63,639 nucleotides of DNA, filler included, from Octopus bimaculoides (GCF_001194135.2; 7 parts of 5 records of this genome joined end to end with filler, not necessarily neighbours in it), one strand, 5' to 3'. Shown: positions 24,316-37,692, numbered from the whole stretch's first letter. Notes: generated from the letters alone by a model not told the origin. Made by a program: numbers and translations.

Positions 24316-24907
24316 TAATGAGCTGGATTCATAAATGAAAAACTTCTCCAATCTTTGTAACAATTTACTAACGAAGTGTGTACTGGTGTAGCATTTTAAG
24401 CGCTACTGTAAATCAAAAGTAAATCGAAAGTATGCATGTTTAAGTTTGGCTCAACATTTGGGTATATGTTGGAGAAAAATGGATCTTGCAAATGTATTTT
24501 GGCATAAATTACACCACATGATGGCCAAGATTTTGTGTTAACCTTTCAGTTTATTACTTATTGATTTCAGCAATCCGTTGCGATTATCGTTGTTGAGAGC
24601 AAATTATTTGGACGAGATGAAGATTGAGTTGCGTGATTCATTTCGAAAAATTGTTAGTTTGATGGAAATATGGACGTTTTCTTCAGTGATTTATTATGAA
24701 ACTACTAAGTGAAATGACATAAAAGGTTTATACCAGGCTCCACAAGACCACGTTATCAACCAAATATGCGTTCTTGAGATGTAATTACGATCTCAAAAAT
24801 CTATGCACGATTGATTTTTTTAAGCGGAATAGTTCTAGCTAGTGTAGAGTCGTTGCAGAAAGCTTACTAGCTAACCAATCAGTTGCAGAGGCAACATTCA
24901 CGTAAAT

Positions 24908-25289
24908 CTTTTCAACTCTAGGCGCAAGGCCCGAATTTTTTGGGAGGGGGCCAGTCGATTAGATCGAACCCTGTTCGAAACTGGTACTTAATTTATCGAC
25001 TCTGAAAGGATGAAAGCAAAGTCGACCTCGATGGGATTTGAAGTCAGAACATAAAGACAGACGAAATTCCTCTAAGCATTTCGCCCGGCGTGCTAACATT
25101 TCTTATTTCTTTATTGTCCACAAGGGGCTAAACATAGAGGGAGACAAACAAGGACAGACAAAGGACAGATTAAGTCGATTACATCGACTCCAGTGCGTGA
25201 CTGGTACTTAATTTATCGACCCCGAAAGGATGAAAGGCAAAGTCGACCTCGACGGAATTTGAACTCAGAACGTAGCGGCAGACGAAATA
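24908..25289 (-). mobile_element. Two tandem copies of Nin/Deu-domain-like SINE (family A)
   Basis: Repeated ctggtacttaatttatcgac..gaaaggatgaaag.caaagtcgacctcg; B-box rc tttgaactcagaac. Confidence 0.85.
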
Positions 25290-26040
25290 NNNNNNNNNNN
25301 NNNNNNNNNNNNNNNNNNNNNNNNNNNNNNNNNNNNNNNNNNNNNNNNNNNNNNNNNNNNNNNNNNNNNNNNNNNNNNNNNNNNNNNNNNNNNNNNNNNN
25401 NNNNNNNNNNNNNNNNNNNNNNNNNNNNNNNNNNNNNNNNNNNNNNNNNNNNNNNNNNNNNNNNNNNNNNNNNNNNNNNNNNNNNNNNNNNNNNNNNNNN
25501 NNNNNNNNNNNNNNNNNNNNNNNNNNNNNNNNNNNNNNNNNNNNNNNNNNNNNNNNNNNNNNNNNNNNNNNNNNNNNNNNNNNNNNNNNNNNNNNNNNNN
25601 NNNNNNNNNNNNNNNNNNNNNNNNNNNNNNNNNNNNNNNNNNNNNNNNNNNNNNNNNNNNNNNNNNNNNNNNNNNNNNNNNNNNNNNNNNNNNNNNNNNN
25701 NNNNNNNNNNNNNNNNNNNNNNNNNNNNNNNNNNNNNNNNNNNNNNNNNNNNNNNNNNNNNNNNNNNNNNNNNNNNNNNNNNNNNNNNNNNNNNNNNNNN
25801 NNNNNNNNNNNNNNNNNNNNNNNNNNNNNNNNNNNNNNNNNNNNNNNNNNNNNNNNNNNNNNNNNNNNNNNNNNNNNNNNNNNNNNNNNNNNNNNNNNNN
25901 NNNNNNNNNNNNNNNNNNNNNNNNNNNNNNNNNNNNNNNNNNNNNNNNNNNNNNNNNNNNNNNNNNNNNNNNNNNNNNNNNNNNNNNNNNNNNNNNNNNN
26001 NNNNNNNNNNNNNNNNNNNNNNNNNNNNNNNNNNNNNNNN

Positions 26041-26241
26041 ACAACAGAAGCAGGAAGTAAGAGTGAGAGAAAGTTGTGGGGAAAGAGTACATCCACGTTC
26101 GCCACCATCCCCTGCCGGAGCCTCGTGGAGCTTTAGGTGTTTTCGTTCAATAAACACTCACAACGCCCGGTCTGGGAATCGAAACCGCGATCCTATGATC
26201 GCGAGTCCGCTGCCCTAACCACTGGGCCATTGCGCCTCCAC
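26041..26241 (-). mobile_element. SINE family C, 5' part
   Basis: Head rc gtggaggcgcaatggcccagtggttagggcagcggactcgcg; matches 43697. Confidence 0.85.
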
Positions 26242-26294
26242 TCAAGACTTGTGATTATAGTAGAAATGGTTATTATCATTATTGAAGCGGTGAA

Positions 26295-26700
26295 GGAGGT
26301 GAGCTGGCAGAAACGTTAGCACTCCGGGCGAAATGTTTAGCGGTGTTTCGGCGGTGCTACGTTCTGAGTTCAAATTCCGCCGACGTTGACTTTTCCTTTC
26401 ACCCTTTCGGGATCGATAAATTAAGTACCAGTGAAACACTGAGGTCGATATAATCGAATATCCTCTTCCCCCAAATTTCAGGCGTTGTGCCTATAGAGTA
26501 GAAAAGATCATTATTGAAGAGGTGAGGCGGCAGAATCGTTTGCAGGCTGGGTGAGTTCAAATTCCGCCGAGGTCGACTTTGCCTTTCACCCTTTCGGAGT
26601 CGATGAAATAAGTGTCAATCGAATAGTCATTGTAAACGACTAGTCCCTTTCCCTCAAAATTACTGGTTTTCTAATCAAAATTTAAAACGATTATCATGGC
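26295..26700 (+). mobile_element. Two adjacent family A SINE copies
   Basis: ggaggtgagctggcagaaacgttagc..gagttcaaattccgccga..gcctttcaccctttcgg. Confidence 0.85.
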
Positions 26701-27706
26701 GGCGAGCTGACAGAATCTTTAGCTCATCGGGCTTTTTTAAGCTCTTCATGTTTTGACTTCAAATAAAAACATTGGGGCCGATATTGTCGATTCGGAAAAA
26801 CTGTTTAAATTTGAAAGCTTTATAACGATTGTGGTAGTAAATATGTGTGCTAGAATCGATTTGAAATAATTACAGCCCNNNNNNNNNNNNNNNNNNNNNN
26901 NNNNNNNNNNNNNNNNNNNNNNNNNNNNNNNNNNNNNNNNNNNNNNNNNNNNNNNNNNNNNNNNNNNNNNNNNNNNNNNNNNNNNNNNNNNNNNNNNNNN
27001 NNNNNNNNNNNNNNNNNNNNNNNNNNNNNNNNNNNNNNNNNNNNNNNNNNNNNNNNNNNNNNNNNNNNNNNNNNNNNNNNNNNNNNNNNNNNNNNNNNNN
27101 NNNNNNNNNNNNNNNNNNNNNNNNNNNNNNNNNNNNNNNNNNNNNNNNNNNNNNNNNNNNNNNNNNNNNNNNNNNNNNNNNNNNNNNNNNNNNNNNNNNN
27201 NNNNNNNNNNNNNNNNNNNNNNNNNNNNNNNNNNNNNNNNNNNNNNNNNNNNNNNNNNNNNNNNNNNNNNNNNNNNNNNNNNNNNNNNNNNNNNNNNNNN
27301 NNNNNNNNNNNNNNNNNNNNNNNNNNNNNNNNNNNNNNNNNNNNNNNNNNNNNNNNNNNNNNNNNNNNNNNNNNNNNNNNNNNNNNNNNNNNNNNNNNNN
27401 NNNNNNNNNNNNNNNNNNNNNNNNNNNNNNNNNNNNNNNNNNNNNNNNNNNNNNNNNNNNNNNNNNNNNNNNNNNNNNNNNNNNNNNNNNNNNNNNNNNN
27501 NNNNNNNNNNNNNNNNNNNNNNNNNNNNNNNNNNNNNNNNNNNNNNNNNNNNNNNNNNNNNNNNNNNNNNNNNNNNNNNNNNNNNNNNNNNNNNNNNNNN
27601 NNNNNNNNNNNNNNNNNNNNNNNNNNNNNNNNNNNNNNNNNNNNNNNNNNNNNNNNNNNNNNNNNNNNNNNNNNNNNNNNNNNNNNNNNNNNNNNNNNNN
27701 NNNNNN

Positions 27707-27747
<41 letters not shown>

Positions 27748-28629
27748 TGTTTTTCTTCGTCTTATTATTATTGCTATTTTCTTTTATGCCTTTGTAAAAA
27801 CTAAGGTAGACAAAAGAAAGCTATAAAACAGCTCAGAAAATAATGGAAAACAAATGCTACAAGAAAAGAATCCTTTTGTTAGCACTGGTGCCCCCAATCT
27901 GTGAGCAGTGAGCGGACGCTTATTTTCGATGTGTCGCAAAACAATAGATCGACAGTAAGTAGTGAAATCCTTATTGTACTTAAAATACCACAAGCTTATT
28001 GGTTAGAATGGAGGAACGAACTAACGAGGGAACGGGCGAATGAATGAAAGAATGAAAAAAATAAATAAATAAATAAAACAGACTATGGACTTTTGATAGG
28101 ATCGTGTGAGGGGAGGGCTAACAAGAGCAGCAACAACAACACCATTCTTTGTACAGTTTTATAAACATTTAGCATATATATAAACACACATACACAGTCA
28201 TCCAATACATACATACATACATACATACATACATACATACACACACACATACACACACATATATACACATGTACAGATACATATACATACATTNNNNNNN
28301 NNNTATATATATAGATGTGTGTGTTAGTGTCTGTGTGTGTATGTATAACTATATGCATTTATGTGTGTGTGCAGAATTCGAGCGACAGTTACTGTTCACG
28401 TATTTAACGCTGAGTAAATAACATAAATCCTGTCAGTTTTGTACTAGTTTAAATGGTAAATATAATATATGGCTTCCAAGGACATGTGGTGTCAAAAGTT
28501 TTTATGTGTTTCACTCTTATTATCAATGATTCATTAAGATGGTGTGTCCTTCATACGTGCTAACGTATGACGGACGCCATCTTAAAAGGTTGAAAGTGCA
28601 CAATGATGACTAAATTGTCTTTTGTGGAT

Positions 28630-29256
28630 TTAGACTGTGGCTGCCAAGTCCTGGCTAAGAAGGAATATATTCACAGACACAACAGAGCTGGGACCTATAT
28701 ACACTGGAAGCTATGCCAACACTATGGAATAACAACAAAAAAAAAGATGGTATAAACACACGCTAGAAAAGGTCGCAGAAAACGAGAAAGCAACCATACT
28801 CTGGGATATGCCAATACACACACATAGAGAAATTAAGGCCAATAGGCCAGATATAGTTGTCTGAAATCATGAAGAAAAAAATGCTTTATAATTGATGTAT
28901 CAATACCAGCAGATGACAACGTTTCTCTAACAGAAATGGAGAAACTTTCAAAATACAAAGACCTGGAAATAGAGGTCACTCGAATGTGGAATCTAAAAAC
29001 AAACAATTCCTAGCATAGTGGGCACATTAGTTATGATAAAACAATATTCAGACAAATACATAACAAAAACACCAGGACTTACAAATATATACAACGTATA
29101 GAAAATTGTACTACTGGGCACTGCACACATCCTACGCAAAACACTTTCAATGCAGTAACCATAAGAGCATCACAGCAAACCACAGCACATGCCCAAGGCA
29201 CACAGAGCTGCGCTCGGTAGTCAAATAAAATAAAAATAAAACTGAGAATAATAATG

Positions 29257-29315
<59 letters not shown>

Positions 29316-29327
29316 AACAATAATAAT

Positions 29328-29374
<47 letters not shown>

Positions 29375-29410
29375 CAACAACAACAACAAAAACAGTAATA
29401 ATAATAATAA
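28630..29410 (+). mobile_element. 3' end of RLE-type (R4/Dong-like) non-LTR retrotransposon with (TAA)n tail
   Basis: HRHNRAGTYIHWKLCQHY, TILWDMPIHTHREIKANRPDIVV, IDVSIP, EKLSKYKDLEIEVTRMWNLK, LLGTAHILRKTL; (TAA)n 29245-29410. Confidence 0.88.
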
Positions 29411-30387
29411 ACACAGTGGTGTCACAATGGACAAAGAAAAAGAAAAGACGTAAAATGGGTCGTGGAGTGAGCTGTAAAAAATATATGTTTTTAATTAATA
29501 TCAAATGTACATTCGACTTGGTATTATTTACGTAAAGGAATTAGAATTTTTATCAGAATGTACAACGTGTTGTTTTAGGGGGATATCAATGTGATAGCTA
29601 AAGGGACAAAGTTGTCGTCAGTAGTTAAAAAAAAAGAAGACAAAAATGGGATTCAGTTGGAGTAATCACAGCTGCTTGATTAGACATGGAGAACTAAATA
29701 TAGAAGCCATTGTAGGATATTAGAAGGCAATTTAATGAAAAGTAGAGGTTTTGGTGAGAAAATACATTGTAAAACAGTACAAAGTTTATTCATGAAAGCG
29801 ACCATAAAATATGAGAATTACAGAAGAAAACAATGTTTTGTCGTTGTTTAACCACGAGAAGAATACGATTGAGCTGAACTATGCATGATCAAAGGAATCC
29901 CGGCCGTCTTTTCTATATATCTAGGTCTACGATGTTGAATGTGTTCTTGTTTTATCAAAATTTTAATGGTGTGATTTAAGAAACATTTAGTTCATATTAC
30001 AAAAAGCTAGAACAATAACTGCTTAGAAATAGCAGCCATGTTTCTTCAAACCAAGCTTCTACTGTCTTCGAAAGAGAAACCACAGGTTATATAACTTCGC
30101 CCTAGATGTTATTTTTAAAGACGGTAGAGTGAAGGCTGGAAAGTCTACTAAATCAAGCATGATTGACTCCGTGGGGTTAAGCAACGGGAACAATATCATC
30201 ATCAACACCAACAACGAAAACAACAACAGCAGCTACGACGTAGAACTTCTGCGGTTTCAATAAAACCGCTGTTTCCGAGATACCTAGTGAACGAAAGGCC
30301 TCTTATGACTTTGATAGAAGACTCAATGACAGAAGTTTTACATAAAACGGGAGTAACATACCTATCAAATTAATGAATTGTTATCAG

Positions 30388-30526
30388 GCGTGACTGTGTG
30401 ATGAGAAGCTTGCTTTCTAGCCACATGGTTCCGGGTTCAGTCCCACTGCGTGGAACTTAAGGCAAGCCTTGGGCCGGACAAAGCTTGTGAGTGGATTTGG
30501 TAGACGGAAACCGAAAGAAGCCTATC

Positions 30527-30530
<4 letters not shown>
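30388..30530 (+). mobile_element. SINE family B, 5' part
   Basis: ggcgtgactgtgtg..ggttcagtcccactgcgtgg..gtgagtggatttggtagacggaaac. Confidence 0.8.
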
Positions 30531-30561
<31 letters not shown>

Positions 30562-30661
30562 NNNNNNNNNNNNNNNNNNNNNNNNNNNNNNNNNNNNNNN
30601 NNNNNTTAATTAATTAANNNNNNNNNNNNNNNNNNNNNNNNNNNNNNNNNNNNNNNNNNNN

Positions 30662-31010
30662 TAAGTCGATTACATCGATCCCAGTGCGTAAATGTTACTT
30701 AATTTATCGACCCCGAAAGGACGAAAGGCAAAGTCGACCTCGGCGGAATTTGAACTCAGAACGTAGCGGCAGACGAAATACCTATTTCTGTATTGCCCAC
30801 AAGAGGCTAAACATAGAGGGGACAAACAAGGACAGACAAATGGATTAAGTCGATTACATCGATCCCAGTGCGTAAATGTTACTTAATTTATCAACCCCCG
30901 AAAGGACGAAAGGCAAAGTCGACCTCGGCGGTATTTGAACTCAGAACGTAAGGACAGACGAAATACCAGTAAGCCGTTCGCCCGGCGTGCTAACGCTGCT
31001 GCCAGCCCGC
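30662..31010 (-). mobile_element. Tandem dimer of family A SINE
   Basis: Two ~185-bp units sharing private variants (cgatcccagtgcgtaaatgttac, aaaggacgaaagg). Confidence 0.88.
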
Positions 31011-31423
31011 AGCCCTAACCATGATAATAATTGTGATCGTTATTATTATCATTATTTTCCACTGTTCCCTTCAAATTATTTCAATATTGAAATTTAATTC
31101 GTGTGCGTGCTGAGAGCGGTGTATTCCGATATTTTCCTCCCTACCTCTCCTACTCAATTTCTGGTTCAATCCAATTTCTCTTCACTTAAGTCATTTATGC
31201 CTGAGGCGAACAGCATAAACGTTACTACGTCCCATTTTCTTTCTTTCACCTTCCTATATAAAGGGGCTTTGCAACTAGTTACCCCTCCTCTTAACAATAC
31301 AAGAACAAAAGGAATCAATATTGAAATGTAATTATTCATTGGTTGTATTTTAATACATATTAAATGATATTTTAAATAGTATATATTTTTTATCTCAATT
31401 TCTATATTTTTATTTCCCTCCCA

Positions 31424-31426
<3 letters not shown>

Positions 31427-31506
<80 letters not shown>
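31427..31506. repeat. (TATC)n microsatellite
   Basis: Direct reading. Confidence 0.95.
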
Positions 31507-31507
<1 letters not shown>

Positions 31508-31547
31508 CAACTCTTTCTTTCTTGCTCTCACGTTAAANNNNNNNNNN

Positions 31548-31583
<36 letters not shown>

Positions 31584-32005
31584 ACACACACGTAAAAGTC
31601 TCTCTGTTATCTACTTTTTCAAGGTTTTTCAGTTAATTGTTTCATCTCTTTCTTCTCTGCCTAATGTTCTTTGTCCTTCATTGTCACCTGTGTCGCTCTC
31701 TCACTCTCTATTCCTTTTTCCATCTTCCTCTTTTCTTTCTTTCCCTCTATGTATCACTCTTTACTCAGCTTATATTCTCCCCCCTTTTCTTCTAAATTCT
31801 ATATGATTTTCTCCTGATTTATCGCTCTCTCCTTCTCTTTCTTTCTCTCTCTCTCTCTCTGTCTCTCTGTCTCTCTGCAGATATATACATATTTGCATAT
31901 ATGCAAACATACACACACAGACACGCACACACACACATGTATGTATACATACATTCAGATACATTGCATACGTTTATTTATATGCATGTATACGTATGCA
32001 TCTGT

Positions 32006-32460
32006 CATGACTGTGTGCTAAGAAACTTTCTTCTCAACAGGGTTCCGGGTTCAATCCCACTGCGTGGCACTTTGATCAAATGCCATTCTCCAAATGCCTT
32101 CTCGGGCCGACCAAAGCCTTGTGGGTGAATTTGATAGACGGAAAGTGAAAGAAGCCCGTCGTACACACGCGCACACACACACACACACACACGCACACGC
32201 GCACACACACTAACACACGCGAACACACACGAACACCTTATGTGTGTGTGTGTTTTGTGTCTGTTTTTGTCCCACCCACCGCTTGACAACCATTGAGTTA
32301 CGTCCCAGTAATTCAGTGGTTCGGCAAAGGACACCGATAGAATAAGTACTAGGCTTGCAAAGAATAAGTCCTGGGGTCGATTTGCTCGACTAAAAGCGGT
32401 GCTCCAGTATGGCCGCAGTTAAATGACTGAAACAAGTAAAAGAGTAAAAGAGTAAAAGAA
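32006..32460 (+). mobile_element. Full-length SINE family B with internal (CA)/(TG) tract and (GTAAAAGA)n tail
   Basis: tRNA-like head, gcact..gatcaa core, tail ggtgctccagtatggccgcagttaaatgactgaaacaagtaaaagagtaaaagag. Confidence 0.88.
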
Positions 32461-32599
32461 AAAATATATACAGGATTCAAATTCGAGCTCTTAGTTTCCT
32501 ATTGTGAAAACACTACGACTGTCAAGCTTAAAGTTGTACAGTTGATCGTGGAGTGGGCAGATAGCATGACCTGCAAGTGATAATATTATCACTCTCAGG

Positions 32600-32860
32600 T
32601 CACACAGGTGCCCACTCCAAGTTGTAACTGCCGAGGCCCAGAAACTTATCCACTCAACCAAGCATGCATGATTACCTCAGTGGTTTATGAAATTGAAGTC
32701 ACCGCAGTGTTCCGAAAGAAAATGTACATTGGCACATATAAAAGTGGTTTTAAGGAAAGACTCGCTAACCACTAGTTTTTTTTTTCTCCGTGGACAAGAA
32801 GAAAGATATGAAGTTAGCTGACCATATCTGGGGCTTGAAGGCCAACTATACTCCACCTAA
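32600..32860 (+). mobile_element. Penelope-like element GIY-YIG endonuclease fragment
   Basis: SCNCRGPETYPLNQACMITSVVYEIEVT..KMYIGT..FKERLANH..LADHIWGLK. Confidence 0.75.
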
Positions 32861-33208
32861 GGTACCTGTTATATTCCTAATCTGATGTAGAGGAAATAGT
32901 AAGCTAAACTAGTACAGTTTACAGTTTTTCCCTCATTTCACAACCACATTAGAACTTTTATCGTGACCAAACTCCAACTCTATATCCTTTGAGATATTAG
33001 GTCAAAGCTCTTTTTTCATCTCATGCATATTCCTGGCATACAGTTTCAAGTTATCCAGAAAGAAAGAGTGTGTAATTTTAGAAATTCTGTCTCACTGTGA
33101 ACCAGTGAGACACTCTAAAGACTTACTCAGCATAAATAACAAGGGACTTACTGAAAGTACGAACAACATCACAGGAAGTATGACTCCTTGGAATATACCT
33201 CTGCTATA

Positions 33209-33434
33209 CAATAATTCTCTCGACTATCACGGGTTTTACATTCGACCCCTACCCCCGTGATAGGTGAAAATCCACGAAGTAGAAACAGTACTGTATTGTA
33301 TATTTTTTAAAATTATTTTTATAATTTGTATATATTTATTTTATTATAAATGCAAAACAACACCATGGAGGAATCGACGTAAGCCTGAATAATAAACCGT
33401 GTTAGGTGAACCGCGATATGACGTGAGATTACCG
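33209..33434. mobile_element. Tigger/pogo-like MITE (TA TSD)
   Basis: Degenerate TIRs caataattctctcgactatcacgg / ccgcgatatgacgtgagattaccg; inverted homologue at 46731-46998. Confidence 0.7.
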
Positions 33435-33642
33435 TACTGTATTTAATACAGTGATAATACAATCACTCCTTGCATTTAATTGCGCAGATGAAGTCAGGTC
33501 AGCTATGGCTTTGATTATACTCTCTCGAAATTTAGCAAGTGCAAGGGCTTCTTGTACCAACGAGTTGGGGGATAGAGTCCTCTTATAGTCTCCTCACATT
33601 TGAAACCAAGTTCCTCCTATCCTGCTGCACCTCTGATGTTAC

Positions 33643-33734
33643 CTATTTGTTTATCAGAAACTAGTCGGCAAATCTTCGGATTCCCTTCTTCCAAACTGCT
33701 TATACTGTTGTTATGATATTCTACCCCATGCGCC
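33643..33734 (-). CDS. Candidate exon (R)AHGVEYHNNSISSLEEGNPKICRLVSDKQI(G) of an unidentified host gene
   Basis: tttcatttatttgctaccag| acceptor, ATAG|gtaaca donor, 92 nt open and phase-matched to ATG AG|gtaagt at 35287. Confidence 0.4.
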
Positions 33735-33942
33735 CTGGTAGCAAATAAATGAAATCGTTATTTTCACAATAGTGTTCTAACATCGTTCCTACTTTTCTTT
33801 TTAATACTATTTGGAGGAAAATTAATTTACTTGTTATTTTCCGGATACAGTTACATTAATTAACTTTCTTCCTATGTTTAACAAATGCTGCTTGTTGACG
33901 TAATTGTTTGGCAGTAAAATAATTTAGTTCTGGAAGCTACGT

Positions 33943-34078
<136 letters not shown>

Positions 34079-34214
34079 AATGGCAATGCTATGCAACTTT
34101 GTATTAATCTTTATTATATATATATATAGACATGTGTATATATATACAAATATATATATATATATATGTCGTGCATGCATGTATGTTGGTATCAGTCAAT
34201 CAATCATTCTATCT

Positions 34215-34410
34215 ATATATACTAATTTAAAGTTTTGGCATATGGCCAGCAATTTTGGGGGACGGGTAGTCGATCAGATCGACCCCTGTATTGAAGTGAT
34301 ACTTATTTTATTAGAACGAAAAAGACAAGCCGAGTTCGGCAAAATTTGAACTCAGAACGTGAAGATGGACAAACAACCGCGAAGAATTTTGTCCGGTGTG
34401 CCAACTCGCC
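34215..34410 (-). mobile_element. Decayed family A SINE
   Basis: aaagttttggcatatggccagc..cgacccc..aatttgaactcagaacg. Confidence 0.65.
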
Positions 34411-35286
34411 GCTTTGTCTCTCTTCCAATATTAATGCCTATATGATAGTCATAAATACAAACATTTTTTTTTTCACACTCACTAACATCTATTCGAATTC
34501 AAACACACATATGTCTATGAATTTATTTACGACAATTTTATTTGTTTGTGCGTTCTAATCTAAACCATTATGAAGATAAAATTTCACAGATAAATGAAGA
34601 TAACTCGAGATTCTTAACCGACTATAAATATTTAATGCATGATTTATTTACTTGTGTTATATGGCACGCGAAAATTTCGTATTACAGTTTTTAATGTCTA
34701 CGACAATAATATGGTAACGACAAATTACTGTTGAATTTTTTTTCCTATTCTTTCCTTTGTTGTAACAAAAGACTAAACGTAATTCCCTTCATAAGCAATA
34801 GTGCGATATAAGGGCCAAAATTTACTATTTCAGGAATCTCAAGCGAGAAGTAGATAAAAAACAAATATAATGTGGTATAACGTCATTCCTCCATTACCTT
34901 TTGCTTTAAAGGCTTCATATTATAACTTCCGTTTTTTTTCACAATGTATTGTAAAGCAAATCTGGAAAACTTTATCATCCGTTTTAAATGATATTTATGA
35001 TGAAATGAAGATTAACCGCTTATTGCGCTTGTCTTATGTTCAAATTGCCAGATCTGACTTCTTACACATAGCTTGCAATGTCATTCTGAAAATAAACAGT
35101 TAGTAAGACAATTACATTTTCGAAACCTTGACGCTACGTGGCAAAGCATAATTAATCCAAATTAATGTGAATTAATAAGCAATACACTTAGCGAGTAATC
35201 TGGATACCGAATGGTAGCTAAGTACGCAATGTAAGCTCATAGAATGATTGAACGATTGAAACACTGTCTGGCGATAACGAACTTAC

Positions 35287-35395
35287 CTCATTTTTGGACT
35301 TGAATATAGCTCCAAAAATTGTTGTTGCTGTAGTTGTTGCTGTAACAGTTGCTTCTGAAAATCCTGTTGTTGCTCCTGCTGCTGTTGCAACTGTT
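35287..35395 (-). CDS. Candidate glutamine-rich exon (E)QLQQQQEQQQDFQKQLLQQQLQQQQFLELYSSPKM(R), or CAG/CAA-rich 5' UTR ending in start codon
   Basis: Perfect AG|gtaagt donor at 35287/35286; cttctacag| acceptor; CAG/CAA runs held in one frame; aaaaATG context. Confidence 0.45.
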
Positions 35396-35654
35396 CTGTA
35401 GAAGCTAATAGGCTTTTTTTTATTATTTAACAAGTTGTATCACGAACAAATTGTTAAATAACCTACGTGAGCTTCGGAACCCTCGTCACCAGATGTTGTA
35501 ACGTACAATAAGTAAGATAACCAGACAACAGTAAACAACAATGTAACAAACTAACAAATCTCTTTTACGATCCAGTAATCAATAGTCCTTGTGAACGAAC
35601 CAAACGACACCTTCCGGTTTCACTGCGAACTAACACGAACTTCACTCGACTCCG

Positions 35655-35718
35655 AACTCTGAACTCACTCGGATCGTTACTATTTATAGTGGGTTCGTAA
35701 CTAATTTCCCGCCATTTT
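35655..35718 (-). promoter_or_regulatory. Candidate Pol II core promoter: TATAAATA (35688-35681), Inr-like TTCAGAG with A at 35660, adjacent overlapping E2F-like TTTCCCGCC and YY1-like CCGCCATTTT (35705-35718)
   Basis: Motif spacing: A at 35660 lies 28 nt downstream of the first T of TATA; repeat-free CpG-containing segment. Confidence 0.45.
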
Positions 35719-35869
35719 TTTAAATTTTGGAATTTATTGCGTTTTTAAATTTTGGAATCTATTTTTTTTTCGAGAATTCTATTTTTGAATCATTTTGGAA
35801 TCTATTTTGTTTATTTTCTAGTTAATCTTAATTACCGACTAATTGGACCAGTTTCCCGGTTCCCACGGC

Positions 35870-35990
35870 GGAAAGTGAAACGAAGTGTTTTGCTCAAGAA
35901 TACAACGAGTCGCCCGATCTAGGAATCGAAACCACACTCTTACGATCATTAGTTCAACACCCTAACCACTAAGCCACGCGCATCCACTTA
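35870..35990 (-). mobile_element. tRNA-derived SINE head fragment
   Basis: rc gtggatgcgcgtggcttagtggttagggtgttgaac..gtttcgattcc..cttgagcaaaac. Confidence 0.7.
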
Positions 35991-37481
35991 ACGCATATAT
36001 AGACACATAAATATATTATACACACGTACACACAAATATATCTTTGTAGGTCTGTCTATATGGAAAAAAATATAAGTTGAAATCTTTTATTTGCCGAAAC
36101 AGAATTTGAACCTGAGTGCTGGCTATTTAGGTGTAAACTCCACTACAGACGAATGAGTATCAGTCAAGTCCGACTGTGTTTTATTTCCGCTCTAGTTTGA
36201 CTTTCGAGGTCACCACATGAGATCACTTATAAGTTGATGTTTCAGAAATCGTGTTAGATATTTAATTAGGAAGTGTTATTTCTAAATACTATGCTTCAGG
36301 ACATTCTTACAGTTTATCTCGTCTGACCCCCGCCAAGGTTTGTTAATGAAAAAGACGGACAGATAATTAATTTAAACTGACCAAAGATTTATGGACTCTT
36401 CATGTAATTATTCTAAATCAATGTTTAGCGAGCGAAAGACAGACTGAATTCATAACGGTTCAAAGCGTAAGTTCTGAACCAATTCTGCTGGAGAGTCCTG
36501 CTTTCGTATCCTATCTTGTTCATTAAACCACCACGGGACTGTTGCAAAAGAGAAGAGGTGTGGAACAGCTGGAGCCTTAGATAACCGTTACTAGAAAGAA
36601 GTTTCAATTTTCGACTGTCGTAATTTTTGCTCAAAATTCATTAAATTTTATCGTTTCTCTTCATTTACTTTTGAAATATGCCTCAAAGTTTCAATATAGA
36701 ATAGTGTTATAGTTTAGCCCCAGATAAGCCCAGCTTGAGCGTTATACGTAGTAAATTTCAATAGTGTGGAGGCACCTTCAGCCTACTGTTTCTTCAGGTC
36801 TGCTAATGATATTGGCAACAGGTATGAAAGCCACAACATCCTTTCTGTCACATTTCTATCAATCAATCTATCATATATATATATATATATATATCTGTGC
36901 ATGTGTGTGCATATATGAATGTGCGTGCAGTGTGTGATCTTCATACTCACCAATTGGCTTAGCTCCTCAGGTGTAGTTCTTCAGGATATCATTAAAATCA
37001 ACCTTTAAATTTTGAGAGCACCTACATAAACGTATACATACAAACAGATATGTATATCTACCTATATATATACACACAGACACACACACACACACACACA
37101 CACAACCATAGACATACATATCAACATTTACGTACACATACATACATGGCTAAACTAAGAAAAAAAAATAAAGGAATACATATAGAGACATTAATTGCCT
37201 TGACCAAAGTGATTCTTGAAAACTGGGAATTAGAATTAAAGTATTATTTGTTCTTCCTCCATATACACACATGTTCACCTTATCTTCCTGTTTCGCTTTT
37301 AACACTCTCGTACACAAACACAATCATACCCACAAATACACACCCATGCACATATGCAGTCGCGTAATTATATGAATATACATAAGCATGCTTACATAAT
37401 ACAAACATACATACATACGTACATATGTACAAATATAAATATGCGTGTGTGTATATATATGTATATATATGCATGTATATA

Positions 37482-37516
<35 letters not shown>

Positions 37517-37655
37517 NNNNNNNNNNNNNNNNNNNNNNNNNNNNNNNNNNNNNNNNNNNNTTAATTAATTAANNNNNNNNNNNNNNNNNNNNNNNNNNNN
37601 NNNNNNNNNNNNNNNNATTATATAAATATTAAACTTGATATCTACGAGTGTTTGC

Positions 37656-37692
<37 letters not shown>

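Noticed and set aside
29245-29410. Regularly spaced repeats considered as a CRISPR-like array
   Set aside because: Simple microsatellites without unique spacers; no CRISPR array or prokaryotic genes anywhere in the window
35470-35570. Alternative frame DRKRDLLVCYIVVYCCLVILLIVRYNIW resembling a signal anchor
   Set aside because: No ATG, stops on both sides; GT-rich sequence encodes hydrophobic residues in any frame
36300-36472. Plus-strand gtaagt donor at 36467 suggesting a divergent transcript
   Set aside because: No open frame or convincing acceptor upstream
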